Shown: piece after piece, positions 9,314 to 17,464 of the stretch
Layout of the letters: each line of letters opens with the position of its first letter
How positions within the stretch are numbered: the first letter of the stretch is position 1
NCBI GenBank assembly: GCA_035491875.1
Contig: DATJKB010000744.1
Coordinates: 919 to 64,918 of the forward strand
DNA length: 64,000 nt
Reading direction: 5' to 3'
Source of the DNA: Pyrinomonadaceae bacterium
Lineage (GTDB): Bacteria; Acidobacteriota; Blastocatellia; Pyrinomonadales; Pyrinomonadaceae
The notes under the pieces: model-generated
Told to the model about the DNA's origin: nothing
The model's database searches: none
The model's input: the letters and a program-made list of their open reading frames with translations, nothing else
Position numbers and translations under genes: made by a program

Positions 9314-9814
9314 TTAGACTACGTTTACCGCGTCGTTCAAATTCACTGAATCACCCATCTCCACTACCTTGCGTCCCAGACTGAACACTTCCAGTCGATA
9401 CAACCCGCCGAGGTGGAAATAGAGCGTGCCTGCGACAGTCGGATCGCGCTCCATGAACTGCACGGCAGCTTCTCGTCGCGAACTGACAGCGAACATATCG
9501 CCAGCAGTGGAGATGAAGCTGTCCTTAGTCGTCTTACCCACGATTTCATCGATGCGATCCGCTGCCAGATTGACGAGAGACGACGGACTGCCGCGCGAGA
9601 TAACTTTGACGAGATAGAGCGGACGAGCGAGAATCCGCACCGTGCCCAGTCCTTGAAAGTCGGAATCGGACGCGAGGGAGTAGATAACGAGCGGGTAGAT
9701 CGGTGATTGCGGGAGGGCGTATTTGTAGATTCGCCCGCCGACAACTGACGTAATTTCGCCATCGCTCGCAAGCTTGTCATGTAACCAGTTCTCCGCTGCG
9801 GGTAGTTCATTCAC
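9314..9814 (-). CDS. Tail terminator / tail completion protein (DUF3168-like)
   Basis: 166 aa. The N-terminal pattern ...ITSVVGGRIYKYALPQSPIYPLVIYSL... is typical of DUF3168 proteins. It lies directly upstream of the tail tube gene. GTG start. Confidence 0.5.
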   Translation of the reverse strand: MNELPAAENWLHDKLASDGEITSVVGGRIYKYALPQSPIYPLVIYSLASDSDFQGLGTVRILARPLYLVKVISRGSPSSLVNLAADRIDEIVGKTTKDSFISTAGDMFAVSSRREAAVQFMERDPTVAGTLYFHLGGLYRLEVFSLGRKVVEMGDSVNLNDAVNVV

Positions 9815-9957
9815 TGTCGCCTCGCTCTGACGATGATCAAAATCTCCTCGATATACCTAGCTGGAACATTGACCAGATGGACTACTGGCAAGTTAAGGAA
9901 TCGCGCTACTTCAATCACTTCAATCCACATCAGTTCGTCGTAGACAAGTTCACTCAC
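9811..9957 (-). CDS. Hypothetical 48-aa protein
   Basis: Hand-found ORF that fills the 9815..9953 gap, with GTGA overlaps at both ends. No motif recognised. Confidence 0.25.
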   Translation of the reverse strand: MSELVYDELMWIEVIEVARFLNLPVVHLVNVPARYIEEILIIVRARRQ

Positions 9958-10400
9958 GGTTCCCTTACCTTACGCACAACTCCAGTAGTCGGACCTCGTC
10001 GCTGTGTTACTGAACGCCTTACGCCAATCGTCGCAGTCGGTGGCATTCCACCTTTCAATACTGTCTCAGTCACTTGCTTAGCTTCGGCCTTGTACTGGCG
10101 CTTAGCCGACTCGAACGCAGGGAGAAACCACGGCTGCGCTTCCTGTCTCACTGTGCCGAACTCGACCAGCCCTGAGTAGAATTGAGGCGCAACGACATCC
10201 ACTCGAACATTCGCACTCTCAGTTGCAGGCACTTCCTCCGGTTCTTTGTGCGTCGTGTCAGCCATCAGTCCGGTGTCACGGGGAGCAATCTGCTGGGCTA
10301 CTGCAACGTGTGAGTCCGCTGCACGATGCAAACCCACGCCCATTGCGCGATGCATTCGTTGGCGAATTTCAGGAATTCGACTCTTCAGGGTTGCTGACAT
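9954..10400 (-). CDS. HK97 gp10-family head-tail protein
   Basis: 148 aa. The motif APRDTGLMADT...VVAPQFYSGLVEFGTVRQEAQPWFLPAFE matches the gp10-family signature (..tG.L....Ya..vEfGT....aqPfl.pa). Confidence 0.65.
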   Translation of the reverse strand: MSATLKSRIPEIRQRMHRAMGVGLHRAADSHVAVAQQIAPRDTGLMADTTHKEPEEVPATESANVRVDVVAPQFYSGLVEFGTVRQEAQPWFLPAFESAKRQYKAEAKQVTETVLKGGMPPTATIGVRRSVTQRRGPTTGVVRKVREP

Positions 10401-10770
10401 CTAGCACTCCAGCGACTGTGATCAATGCTTCAAATGATTCATCCAGTCGTTTTAATTGCGTGAATATCAATTCACCTTTTCCGTCCCGTGGGGCAACTGC
10501 TACCCGCTGACTAGGTTTGATGGCTTGTGTCACTGTGGTCACTCGCAAGTAGAGCTTCTGGGTTACTGCGCCTCTGGGAGCGGAACCGACAATTGCTTCC
10601 ATGTCATCGACTGCTTCGACTAAGCCGGGAACTGTTTCGATCGTGTTCCAACTCTCACCAAATCCACCCGAGCCATCGTTCGTCGTTGACAATTCCTGAA
10701 TCGCACATGAATCAGGGAGATATTGCTCAGCTAATACTTTCGCCTGAGCTATCAGAATCGCAGGCGTCAT
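10369..10770 (-). CDS. Head-tail adaptor / head closure protein
   Basis: 133 aa, located between the connector and the gp10-like gene. Call is by size and synteny only. Confidence 0.45.
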   Translation of the reverse strand: MTPAILIAQAKVLAEQYLPDSCAIQELSTTNDGSGGFGESWNTIETVPGLVEAVDDMEAIVGSAPRGAVTQKLYLRVTTVTQAIKPSQRVAVAPRDGKGELIFTQLKRLDESFEALITVAGVLDVSNPEESNS

Positions 10771-11294
10771 GCAATCACCACTGGCAGTCGCAATCCGCGT
10801 AACAGTCGTGCCACGTGAATGGGCAAGCCACTCGTGTCGGTTGTCGCTACTGAAGTCACGGTAGACGACGCCGACTGCTGCTGGTACTTCACCTCGACTG
10901 AGTTTCCGATCTTCAAAGAACTAATTGGCCCGAGCCCGGTCGTGAGCGCGGCAGCCCCTCCCGCTGGTCCTAACGTCAGTAAGTAGAAAGCTAACTCGCA
11001 AGTCGCATTCAGTAACGGCACGGGCATCTCGGTTTCATCGTACAACCCGAGAATCAGCTCATCCTCAATCCCAAACCTCGGCCATTTCAATGCTTGAGTG
11101 AGAGTTGCGGCTCGACCGACGTAATCGTACTCCTCCAGCCACTGCGTCGCAGTCATCAGCGCACGTTCCTGATCGTCTGGAACCGCACTGTCCCACGCAT
11201 TCGGCAGGAGCATGTTTTCAAAGAACAAGTTGGCGTAGGCGAGGGTGGGGTAGGAGTTCGCGTTCACGCCTCCTATTGTTGCGTCCAGTGTCAT
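10767..11294 (-). CDS. Head-tail connector (adaptor, gp15/DnaT-like type)
   Basis: 175 aa. The motif NSYPTLAYANLFF...WDSAVPDDQERALMTATQWLEEYDYVGRA...ALKWPRFG resembles the sY.t..eAd.yf...W...k..AL..At..id...f.G pattern of this adaptor family. Confidence 0.6.
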   Translation of the reverse strand: MTLDATIGGVNANSYPTLAYANLFFENMLLPNAWDSAVPDDQERALMTATQWLEEYDYVGRAATLTQALKWPRFGIEDELILGLYDETEMPVPLLNATCELAFYLLTLGPAGGAAALTTGLGPISSLKIGNSVEVKYQQQSASSTVTSVATTDTSGLPIHVARLLRGLRLPVVIA

Positions 11295-11455
11295 GTCTCG
11301 GTCTTCCGCTTACACGTACATTCACTCTCTCCGAAATCGCAAGTCCTGCAAATCCGATTCTCCTGTCCGGGAGGGCAAGGTCTACCCATGAGGTAGTTGT
11401 ATAGATCCACCTTACCGCCGCAGGTCTTGCAGGGAATGTCCCACTCGTCCGTCAT
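11291..11455 (-). CDS. Small Cys-rich zinc-ribbon protein (54 aa)
   Basis: Hand translation gives MTDEWDIPCKTCGGKVDLYNYLMGRPCPPGQENRICRTCDFGESECTCKRKTET, with two CxxC pairs. ATGA overlaps at both ends fill the gap between two structural genes. Confidence 0.45.
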   Translation of the reverse strand: MTDEWDIPCKTCGGKVDLYNYLMGRPCPPGQENRICRTCDFGESECTCKRKTET

Positions 11456-11967
11456 ATCACCGTCCACACCGGGCGCGAATCATCTCCCGTGTTCTCGTAA
11501 ATGTCGTGGTTCGTTGTGTCAACGCAGCAGTTCCCGGTGATAACCCCTTTGTAGTCACCTTTCACCCCGGCAGTGGAGTTGTTCGACGACGCATCCCCGG
11601 TCAGTCCCGTGCAAGTGTCATTGTCATAAGCGATGTTGAGAGTTGCGTCATTAGCCGCCGATTGGAGAGCAGTCAGTGCAACATTCGCCCCTGTACCCCC
11701 GACTGAGAACATCGCCATGACATCTACATCCGCTGCGAGGGCTGCTCGAACCTTCGTTGCAACTTGAGTCGCGGTATCGTTCAACGCAACTGCAACCGTT
11801 AGCGTCTTCGGCGATCCGGTCATCCCTGCGGCAGTCACAGTGACTGACATGTTCCCGCCGAGCGTAATCGTTCCGACAATCACCGCAGTCTCGACCTGAT
11901 ACACCCCACTCGTAGGCACGCCAGCCTTCGTCAACGCCGCTCCGAAGTTTCTAAATCTCGTGCTCAC
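11452..11967 (-). CDS. Structural protein carrying the shared display-type domain
   Basis: 171 aa, within the head module. It has a diverged copy of the domain seen in the 168-aa and 447-aa proteins (ETAVIVGTITLGGN...VATKVRAAL...). Confidence 0.5.
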   Translation of the reverse strand: MSTRFRNFGAALTKAGVPTSGVYQVETAVIVGTITLGGNMSVTVTAAGMTGSPKTLTVAVALNDTATQVATKVRAALAADVDVMAMFSVGGTGANVALTALQSAANDATLNIAYDNDTCTGLTGDASSNNSTAGVKGDYKGVITGNCCVDTTNHDIYENTGDDSRPVWTVI

Positions 11968-12299
11968 TGAGCCGGAGTCTCCTCAATTGGCTTGGACTTA
12001 GATGGAGCAGCCTGAGGTTTCACTTTAGCTTCCGCACTTGGCTTAGTCTCAGGTTCTACTTTAACTTCCTTCACCTCAGACTTTACTTCAACTGGTGCAT
12101 CGAGAGTTTTGAGCATCTCCGCATATCGCACTGGGATCGTTCCACCTCTCCCAGCCAGCACGAACGCAGCCTCTTTCGGCACTTCCTCGCCTTGTTTAAC
12201 GACGATAATCTCCGTCTGGTCCTCGTTGAGATAGAGATCCTCCTGCGCTACCATTCGGTATGCGCCTCGTGCATCGGTTTTAACAATGGTTAAGCCCAT
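11964..12299 (-). CDS. Hypothetical head-module protein with Lys/Pro/Glu-rich tail
   Basis: 111 aa with a 4-nt overlap to the next gene. It has a low-complexity C-terminus (VKSEVKEVKVEPETKPSAEAKVKPQAAPSKSKP). Confidence 0.45.
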   Translation of the reverse strand: MGLTIVKTDARGAYRMVAQEDLYLNEDQTEIIVVKQGEEVPKEAAFVLAGRGGTIPVRYAEMLKTLDAPVEVKSEVKEVKVEPETKPSAEAKVKPQAAPSKSKPIEETPAQ

Positions 12300-12313
12300 T
12301 CAGTCTCCAATTC

Positions 12314-12820
12314 TCATGTCTGACTGCCCACAACTGTCCACGTAGCCACTGGGCCACTAGTCGCAGTGTTCACGTACACCGTGCCCGCAGAGTCCACGCC
12401 CATTTCCTTCGGCTGCGCATATCGACCACTTGCATTCACTCCCGGCGTAGTAGTGGCGATAGCGAGAGTTGGCGCAGTTCCTGTCAGACTGTTTTTGAAC
12501 ACGGTCATCAGCTCAACGTTCTCTTTCGCACGGATTGCGCCAAAAGTCAGGAGCACTGTGCCGATACCCGCAGTCACCGTTCCCGCACTCGCCACACACC
12601 CATTCGTGCCAAGTGAAGGATGTGCGTCAAGGGCCGCTTGGATATTTGCGAGTAGGGTGTTGTTCGTCGCTGACCACGTGATCGCGGAAGTGTTATTCCC
12701 CTCGAAGCGGAGAATGAAAGTTCCGCCTGTCGGAGTGCCGCCGATGGTGAGCGTTTGCACCTCACTGGTTCCCGCTGTCAGGGTGCCCAGATCGCGTAAC
12801 CTGTTTGGAGTTGATGCCAT
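12314..12820 (-). CDS. Putative head decoration protein carrying the shared display-type domain
   Basis: 168 aa, immediately downstream of the major capsid gene. Motif: EVQTLTIGGTPTGGTFILRFEGNNTSAITWSATNNTLLANIQAAL. Confidence 0.5.
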   Translation of the reverse strand: MASTPNRLRDLGTLTAGTSEVQTLTIGGTPTGGTFILRFEGNNTSAITWSATNNTLLANIQAALDAHPSLGTNGCVASAGTVTAGIGTVLLTFGAIRAKENVELMTVFKNSLTGTAPTLAIATTTPGVNASGRYAQPKEMGVDSAGTVYVNTATSGPVATWTVVGSQT

Positions 12821-12881
12821 TGCTTTGAATCTCCCTATTCAATTGGAGGACCAGCATGAACCAGTCCTCCGCTTAACCCGC

Positions 12882-14177
12882 TTACGACGCCAATCCGGTC
12901 GCTTTACAAAACGCCGACGCCCTGAAAATTTCCAAACTCTCCCGCATCTCAGCAACGATCGTCTTCTTATTCTCGATCAATTGATTGCCGATCGTGCCGA
13001 CGATGATCGTGATGCCTTGACGACGGCTAATATGCGAATAGAGTTGGAAGTCGCCAGTGAGTGCAGTTCCGGCAGTCATCGCAGTTGTCACCACGACCGA
13101 CTTACCGAAGATGCGCTCCGGGCCGGGATCGCTCGGCGCACCCCAGATGTACAGGCCGTCGAGGGTCTTGGCGAGACGAATCGGAGTCCAGTTGTTCGGA
13201 TGGACGACTACCGCAGTCGGCTCAGCGAATCCTGTCGTACGAACCTTTGTCATCGCTTTGTAGATCGTGTCGATATTCGTATCACCTGCCGCAGCTTGTG
13301 TCTGCACACCGGACTTGACAAGGAAACCTGTGATCTGCGGCGGTGTGCCAGTGCCGTTGAGCAGATAGTCTTCCTCTTTTAACTGGAGCATCATGCTCAA
13401 TCGATTATTGATGATGCCCTGAATACCGGGAACGTCGTCGAGTTGCTCGGTTGTTACCGGGATGTAGACGGCGATTTTCTCGACCGGGACAGTCACCTCA
13501 GTCCATTCGAGTTCAGCTTCTGGCTTGGGATCACCTTCAGTTACGGCAGCCGCAGGATTAGCATTAGTCGATGCCGTACCCCATGTTGTCTCTTCCATGT
13601 ACTTGATCGAGGTGAGGGTTGTGGCATCAGTTGGGACAAGATCCGCCACAGTCGGACGACGGAGCGCGAAGTTAACAACTGTCGCTGTACGATCATTCGG
13701 CGGTGCGAATCCCGCGCTGGTCGTCATCAAGGTCTTCAACGCCCGCATGTCCAAATTCTCGCCGATCGTATACTGGTAATGCGGCTGGCCATCGTGGAGT
13801 CCTTTGTGAGATTTATAGACTGGAGAGTCGGTGAAGATCTCGCCGATTGATTTGAATGCGTTCGACGGCTGGAATCCGCCTTTGTCGTCAACAATGAATG
13901 GCACTTGACGATTCACCGTGTTCGCTTTGGCGTGCTTCTCCACTGTCTGTTTGAACACTTCGTCCATCTCGCGCAGGTTCTCCCAACGCTTCGTGGCCTC
14001 GGTGATCTCCTTGTTCTTCATGCGGACGATCTCAACCTCGTCCGCGTCCATGACGATCTGGCCGTCTTTGGTATGAGACTTGAAGTAAGTCTCCAATTCA
14101 GCAATTTTAATGTCCTTGTACGCGCCGAGTTCATTAAGACTCAGGTTTTCAAAAGTATTGACCTGTACGTCAGCCAT
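12882..14177 (-). CDS. Major capsid protein, HK97 fold
   Basis: 431 aa with an N-terminal coiled-coil delta-like region followed by a typical HK97-family body. It is directly downstream of, and overlaps, the prohead protease gene. Confidence 0.9.
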   Translation of the reverse strand: MADVQVNTFENLSLNELGAYKDIKIAELETYFKSHTKDGQIVMDADEVEIVRMKNKEITEATKRWENLREMDEVFKQTVEKHAKANTVNRQVPFIVDDKGGFQPSNAFKSIGEIFTDSPVYKSHKGLHDGQPHYQYTIGENLDMRALKTLMTTSAGFAPPNDRTATVVNFALRRPTVADLVPTDATTLTSIKYMEETTWGTASTNANPAAAVTEGDPKPEAELEWTEVTVPVEKIAVYIPVTTEQLDDVPGIQGIINNRLSMMLQLKEEDYLLNGTGTPPQITGFLVKSGVQTQAAAGDTNIDTIYKAMTKVRTTGFAEPTAVVVHPNNWTPIRLAKTLDGLYIWGAPSDPGPERIFGKSVVVTTAMTAGTALTGDFQLYSHISRRQGITIIVGTIGNQLIENKKTIVAEMRESLEIFRASAFCKATGLAS

Positions 14178-15279
14178 TGTGTGACTCCTTTAACTGTTGG
14201 AATTGGTTGTACTGGAATTCCGCAGCCTGCTGGAGCGCGTTACGCTGATCTCTTGTCGTAACTGCTTCTTTGACCATCTTCTCGAACTCGGAGGCGAGGG
14301 CGATCGGGTGCTCAGCTAATTTCTTCAGTTGAGCAATCAACTCGTTCATTTTATCGACTCTCCGTTGCGAGAAAGCACGGCCATCTTTGATAGCGCGAAA
14401 CTCCTGCTTCCTTGCCAAGCGGCCACTGAGCACGTCGAGTGCGGTAGCGGCTTTGGTGTAGTGGGCAATCAACTCCTCAACAGCGGTCGCCACCTTGAGG
14501 GAGTGGGTATCGAGATCGTCGTCGTACGCAGCCGCGAGAGCCGCGTCGAGAGCTTTAGTGGTAAACGGTGGTACTTTTTCCGACTCTACTTCATCAAGCA
14601 GGGACTTCAGTTCAACATGAGCAATCGACTTCAATGGAACCGCCGCAGTGCGTGGCTCCACAGGCATATGGGTCAAGGAAACTTCGATGATGGGCCACGA
14701 CTTCAGCTCGAAGGCTTTCTTGACTGGAACGCGCTCGACGAGGTGTGGAGCAGATCCAGTGGACCAGCCCAGCTTACCTGCCTTCGCCAGCCCATAGACC
14801 GCCTTTTCGTAGTCGTCCGACTCGTTCAGCTTTGTCTCAAACCAAACTCCAGCATCGTCAACTCGGTAAGTCGCACGACCCAATCGGCGGCGCTTCAGCA
14901 CTGAATCCAAACCGTGATCCCACATCGCCAGTAGTGACTCCCGACCATTCAGTTCGAGGTCGGTAGATTTGGTAAAATAATCGCCTTGCAGATCAGGATC
15001 ATCGGCAGTGGTAAACAGCACGCCATACCCGCCCACACGCCCATCGCCCAACGCCTTCACCGCGCCGCCATAGAAAACCAGCGCATCTGTCGCATTATCC
15101 ATTGGCGGTTTACCCTCGCTTTCAATGTCGAGATAGGAGAAGGATTTACCCTCACTTGCGTATAAGGCGCGGACTTGCGCTTCGGCCATCGAGCGGCTGT
15201 CGTGGCAGTGGACGGTACTACCGTCTGTGATTTTCACAACACAGAAACGACCGTCTCTCTCTTCCACTCGCCACGGCAT
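14170..15279 (-). CDS. Prohead protease (HK97 family) with scaffold-like C-terminal half
   Basis: 369 aa. The N-terminal half contains ...GGYGVLFTTADDPDLQGDYF...LLAMWDHGLD..., which is protease-like. The C-terminal half is helical and charged. It lies between the portal side and the capsid gene. Confidence 0.75.
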   Translation of the reverse strand: MPWRVEERDGRFCVVKITDGSTVHCHDSRSMAEAQVRALYASEGKSFSYLDIESEGKPPMDNATDALVFYGGAVKALGDGRVGGYGVLFTTADDPDLQGDYFTKSTDLELNGRESLLAMWDHGLDSVLKRRRLGRATYRVDDAGVWFETKLNESDDYEKAVYGLAKAGKLGWSTGSAPHLVERVPVKKAFELKSWPIIEVSLTHMPVEPRTAAVPLKSIAHVELKSLLDEVESEKVPPFTTKALDAALAAAYDDDLDTHSLKVATAVEELIAHYTKAATALDVLSGRLARKQEFRAIKDGRAFSQRRVDKMNELIAQLKKLAEHPIALASEFEKMVKEAVTTRDQRNALQQAAEFQYNQFQQLKESHNG

Positions 15280-15292
15280 CTTGATGAGTCCT

Positions 15293-15324
15293 CAAACAAA
15301 GAAACCCGCCACTCACCGGACGGG
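15293..15324 (-). terminator. Intrinsic terminator downstream of homing endonuclease gene
   Basis: On the minus strand: CCCGTC-CGGTGAGT-GGCGGG followed by TTTCTTTGTTTG. It ends 13 nt before the protease start. Confidence 0.6.
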
Positions 15325-15377
15325 CTGTTACGCGATCCGGTAAATAGCGGGCGGGGCTGATTGCTCAGCGTGCGACC
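15293..15377 (-). repeat. Structured ~85-nt element, copy A (hairpin 1 - GATCGCG - terminator hairpin)
   Basis: Aligns with 17434..17515. The blocks cgcgatc, ggcgggg and tgcgacc are shared with identical spacing. Both hairpins are preserved by compensatory changes: GCTGA/TCAGC versus GCTCG/CGAGC, and CCCGCC/GACGGG versus GCCTGTC/GACAGGC. Confidence 0.6.
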
Positions 15378-15397
15378 CTGATTAAATTGTTAAAAAG

Positions 15398-16234
15398 CTA
15401 CTGACGTTTCACCAATCGACAATGCTTGTCCAGTAAACCTATCGCAGTTAGTTCCGCTCGTTGCAGAACAGTTAGATTAACATGCGGATAGCGTTCCGCG
15501 AATCTTTTCAACTTCTTTGCGTTCTCTTCAGTCATCCGTCCTTTGATCTCCACGTAGCGATCTTCGGCAGGCAAGTAGAAGTCTGGTGTGTAGCTCGTGC
15601 CGCCAAGATTGAACCAGCGTGGCTCGTACCGCCAATCAATTCCCTGTTCATCCAACCACTCTGCGTAAGCCACTTCCCAACGCGAGCGCATGAGATATTT
15701 TCCTTTTGGGCCATCGTAGTGCGCTCGATACTTGTTGTAGTCCGGGATACGTCCAACCTGTTTGGCCGACATCGCCGCCACTGAGGCGTTGGTAAATATA
15801 GTTAAGCCTTTGTTCCATGACGACTGTCCTTTTCGGGCCTCTGACAACTTTTGTCGATGTGTCTCGCTGCGTGGTTTTGCGTTTGCGGCTTGCAGATTGG
15901 CTAAGTGCTCAGGGGTAAACTCCTTGCCTTTTTGGCTCGCTGAACTTTTGGCACCAATAGCTTGCCGTTCTTCCTCGGAGCGCTTGGCCCATACTTCCTT
16001 GAGTACCTTTACCCGTAACGCTTTGGTTTCCGGTCTACTAAGACCGTGGGCTATCGCCTTACCGCGTGCTATCGGATCGCGAAAACGAGCTGGCTTTCCC
16101 TTTTTCGTTCTCGTATTGGCAGCCGCAACCGCTTCTCGCCACTTACTACTATTACGACGCCCTTCCGCTAGCTTCTCAGCGTGTTCCCCGGACGTATGAT
16201 TCAAAGATCTGCATCTGGTACATCTTTCTTCCAT
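15398..16234 (-). CDS. Free-standing homing endonuclease: NUMOD3 repeats + PD-(D/E)XK nuclease domain
   Basis: Three to four NUMOD3-like repeats (RSETHRQKLSEARKGQSSWNKG, FTPEHLANLQAANAK, others). The C-terminus reads RWEVAYAEWLDEQGIDWRYEP...YTPDFYLP...YVEIKG, giving E...PD...EIK. The start was moved to ATG 16234 behind AAGGAGGAA; the track starts at GTG 16267. Confidence 0.65.
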   Translation of the reverse strand: MEERCTRCRSLNHTSGEHAEKLAEGRRNSSKWREAVAAANTRTKKGKPARFRDPIARGKAIAHGLSRPETKALRVKVLKEVWAKRSEEERQAIGAKSSASQKGKEFTPEHLANLQAANAKPRSETHRQKLSEARKGQSSWNKGLTIFTNASVAAMSAKQVGRIPDYNKYRAHYDGPKGKYLMRSRWEVAYAEWLDEQGIDWRYEPRWFNLGGTSYTPDFYLPAEDRYVEIKGRMTEENAKKLKRFAERYPHVNLTVLQRAELTAIGLLDKHCRLVKRQ

Positions 16235-16257
16235 CTTGTAATTCCTCCTTGAAATGG

Positions 16258-16287
16258 AGTATACCACAAGATGCTACATTGCCGCAA
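16258..16287 (-). promoter_or_regulatory. Extended -10 promoter for the NUMOD3 endonuclease gene
   Basis: On the minus strand: TTGCGG-N18 (last two nt TG)-TATACT. The core GTGGTATACT is nearly identical to the promoter of the neighbouring HNH gene. Confidence 0.4.
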
Positions 16288-16290
16288 ACA

Positions 16291-16815
16291 CTATCCTGAT
16301 ATCGTATAACTCACGGAAAGTGTATTTGAAGTTGATTTGTTTATTGTGCTGAACGTCACGTGTGACAGGAGCGTGCCTGCCGTCGCACTCGACGTATTAA
16401 ACAACCCCGCCTCACCCAGCGTCCCGGTTGCTTCATCAGTGGCGAAACTCACCTCTGCGCGCCACGACGGAGGATTGCTTGTCAGATTCGTAGTAGTGAA
16501 CGTGCCGATCGTCTTGCGTCCCACTGACGCAGTGATTTCAGATCCGAGCGCAGTGTCGCTTGTCGCTGGCGCAGTAGTCGAAGTTCCAACTGCAATCGCA
16601 TTGATCGAGTTCGTCTGGTTGGAGAATGAACCAATCTTCTCCAGTACCCAGCGGCGTCCAGCGGTCACTACCGTGTTCATGCGCATACGATCGCCCACTG
16701 GCTCACCGTTGAAGGCGTTGTGGAGTTGCATCTCAATACAGCCCCGGAGTAGATACGTATCGCCCATTTCTTCAACGACAGCGGGTTGAATAGTGTCTTT
16801 TTTCTTCCGACTCAT
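16291..16815 (-). CDS. Hypothetical structural-type protein (174 aa)
   Basis: Track ORF with AGGAG 9 nt upstream. Ser/Thr/Gly-rich and predicted beta-rich. It lies between the two endonuclease genes. Confidence 0.5.
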   Translation of the reverse strand: MSRKKKDTIQPAVVEEMGDTYLLRGCIEMQLHNAFNGEPVGDRMRMNTVVTAGRRWVLEKIGSFSNQTNSINAIAVGTSTTAPATSDTALGSEITASVGRKTIGTFTTTNLTSNPPSWRAEVSFATDEATGTLGEAGLFNTSSATAGTLLSHVTFSTINKSTSNTLSVSYTISG

Positions 16816-16832
16816 TCGTTCATCTCCTATCG

Positions 16833-17435
16833 GTGAAGTGGTATAATTCGCTCGTGAGCCCCAACAACGTCGAACAATGGAAGCCCGTTAACGGCTTTGA
16901 TTTGTTGTATGAAGTTTCTAATCATGGCCGGGTTAGAAATATCTCTCCACGTCCTAGAACTTCGATCAATCGAATCCGCAAGCCGCAAATCAACGGACGA
17001 AACGGACGTGGCTATTATTTCGTCGTGCTGAGTAACGGAAGAGAGCACCGTAGACAGGCCCTCATCCATCACTTGGTAGCGGAAGCTTTTATTGGGCCAC
17101 GTCCAGCGGGTTACGAAATCAATCACCTCGACGGTGACAAGCTCAACAATCACGCCGAGAACCTTGAATACTGTACTGTTCTGGAAAATCATCAACATGC
17201 CTCCAGAACTGGACTTGCAGCATTTGGTGACAGAAACGGCTCACGTAAACATCCTGAGCGTCTACCTCGCGGGCAAGATAACTTCATGACCAAGTTGCAA
17301 GATGCGCAGGTTTCTGAAATCAAGCAATTACTCAAGCTCGGTTTACCTCAGGCTGAAATCGGTCGAAAATTCAATATCGCTCAGAGCGTCATCTGCCGGA
17401 TTAACACTGGTCAAATCTGGAAACATATCCAGTAA
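16833..17435 (+). CDS. HNH homing endonuclease (NUMOD4 + HNH_3 type)
   Basis: Motifs: WKPVNGFDLLYEVSNHGRVRNI (NUMOD4-like) and ...HHLVAEAFIGPRP.GYEINHLDGDKLNNHAENLEY (HNH). It is on the opposite strand to all neighbours. The true start may be GTG 16854. Confidence 0.85.
   Translation: MKWYNSLVSPNNVEQWKPVNGFDLLYEVSNHGRVRNISPRPRTSINRIRKPQINGRNGRGYYFVVLSNGREHRRQALIHHLVAEAFIGPRPAGYEINHLDGDKLNNHAENLEYCTVLENHQHASRTGLAAFGDRNGSRKHPERLPRGQDNFMTKLQDAQVSEIKQLLKLGLPQAEIGRKFNIAQSVICRINTGQIWKHIQ
16839..16847 (+). promoter_or_regulatory. Extended -10 promoter TGGTATAAT inside the annotated 5' end of the HNH ORF
   Basis: TGnTATAAT at 16839..16847. The predicted transcription start, about 7 nt downstream, coincides with the in-frame GTG 16854. 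Confidence 0.4.
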
Positions 17436-17464
17436 AAACGAAAAGCCTGTCATCACAGACAGGC
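17434..17464 (-). terminator. Intrinsic terminator after the 67-aa gene
   Basis: On the minus strand: GCCTGTC-TGTGAT-GACAGGC followed by TTTTCGTTTTT. Confidence 0.6.

Noticed and set aside
12366-13382. 338-aa plus-strand ORF
   Set aside because: It lies antisense to the major capsid and decoration genes. Its sequence is Arg/Ser/Val-rich with no motifs. The minus-strand frames carry clear HK97-family capsid features.
16827-17198. 123-aa minus-strand ORF
   Set aside because: It lies antisense to the HNH homing endonuclease gene, which has unambiguous NUMOD4 and HNH motifs.
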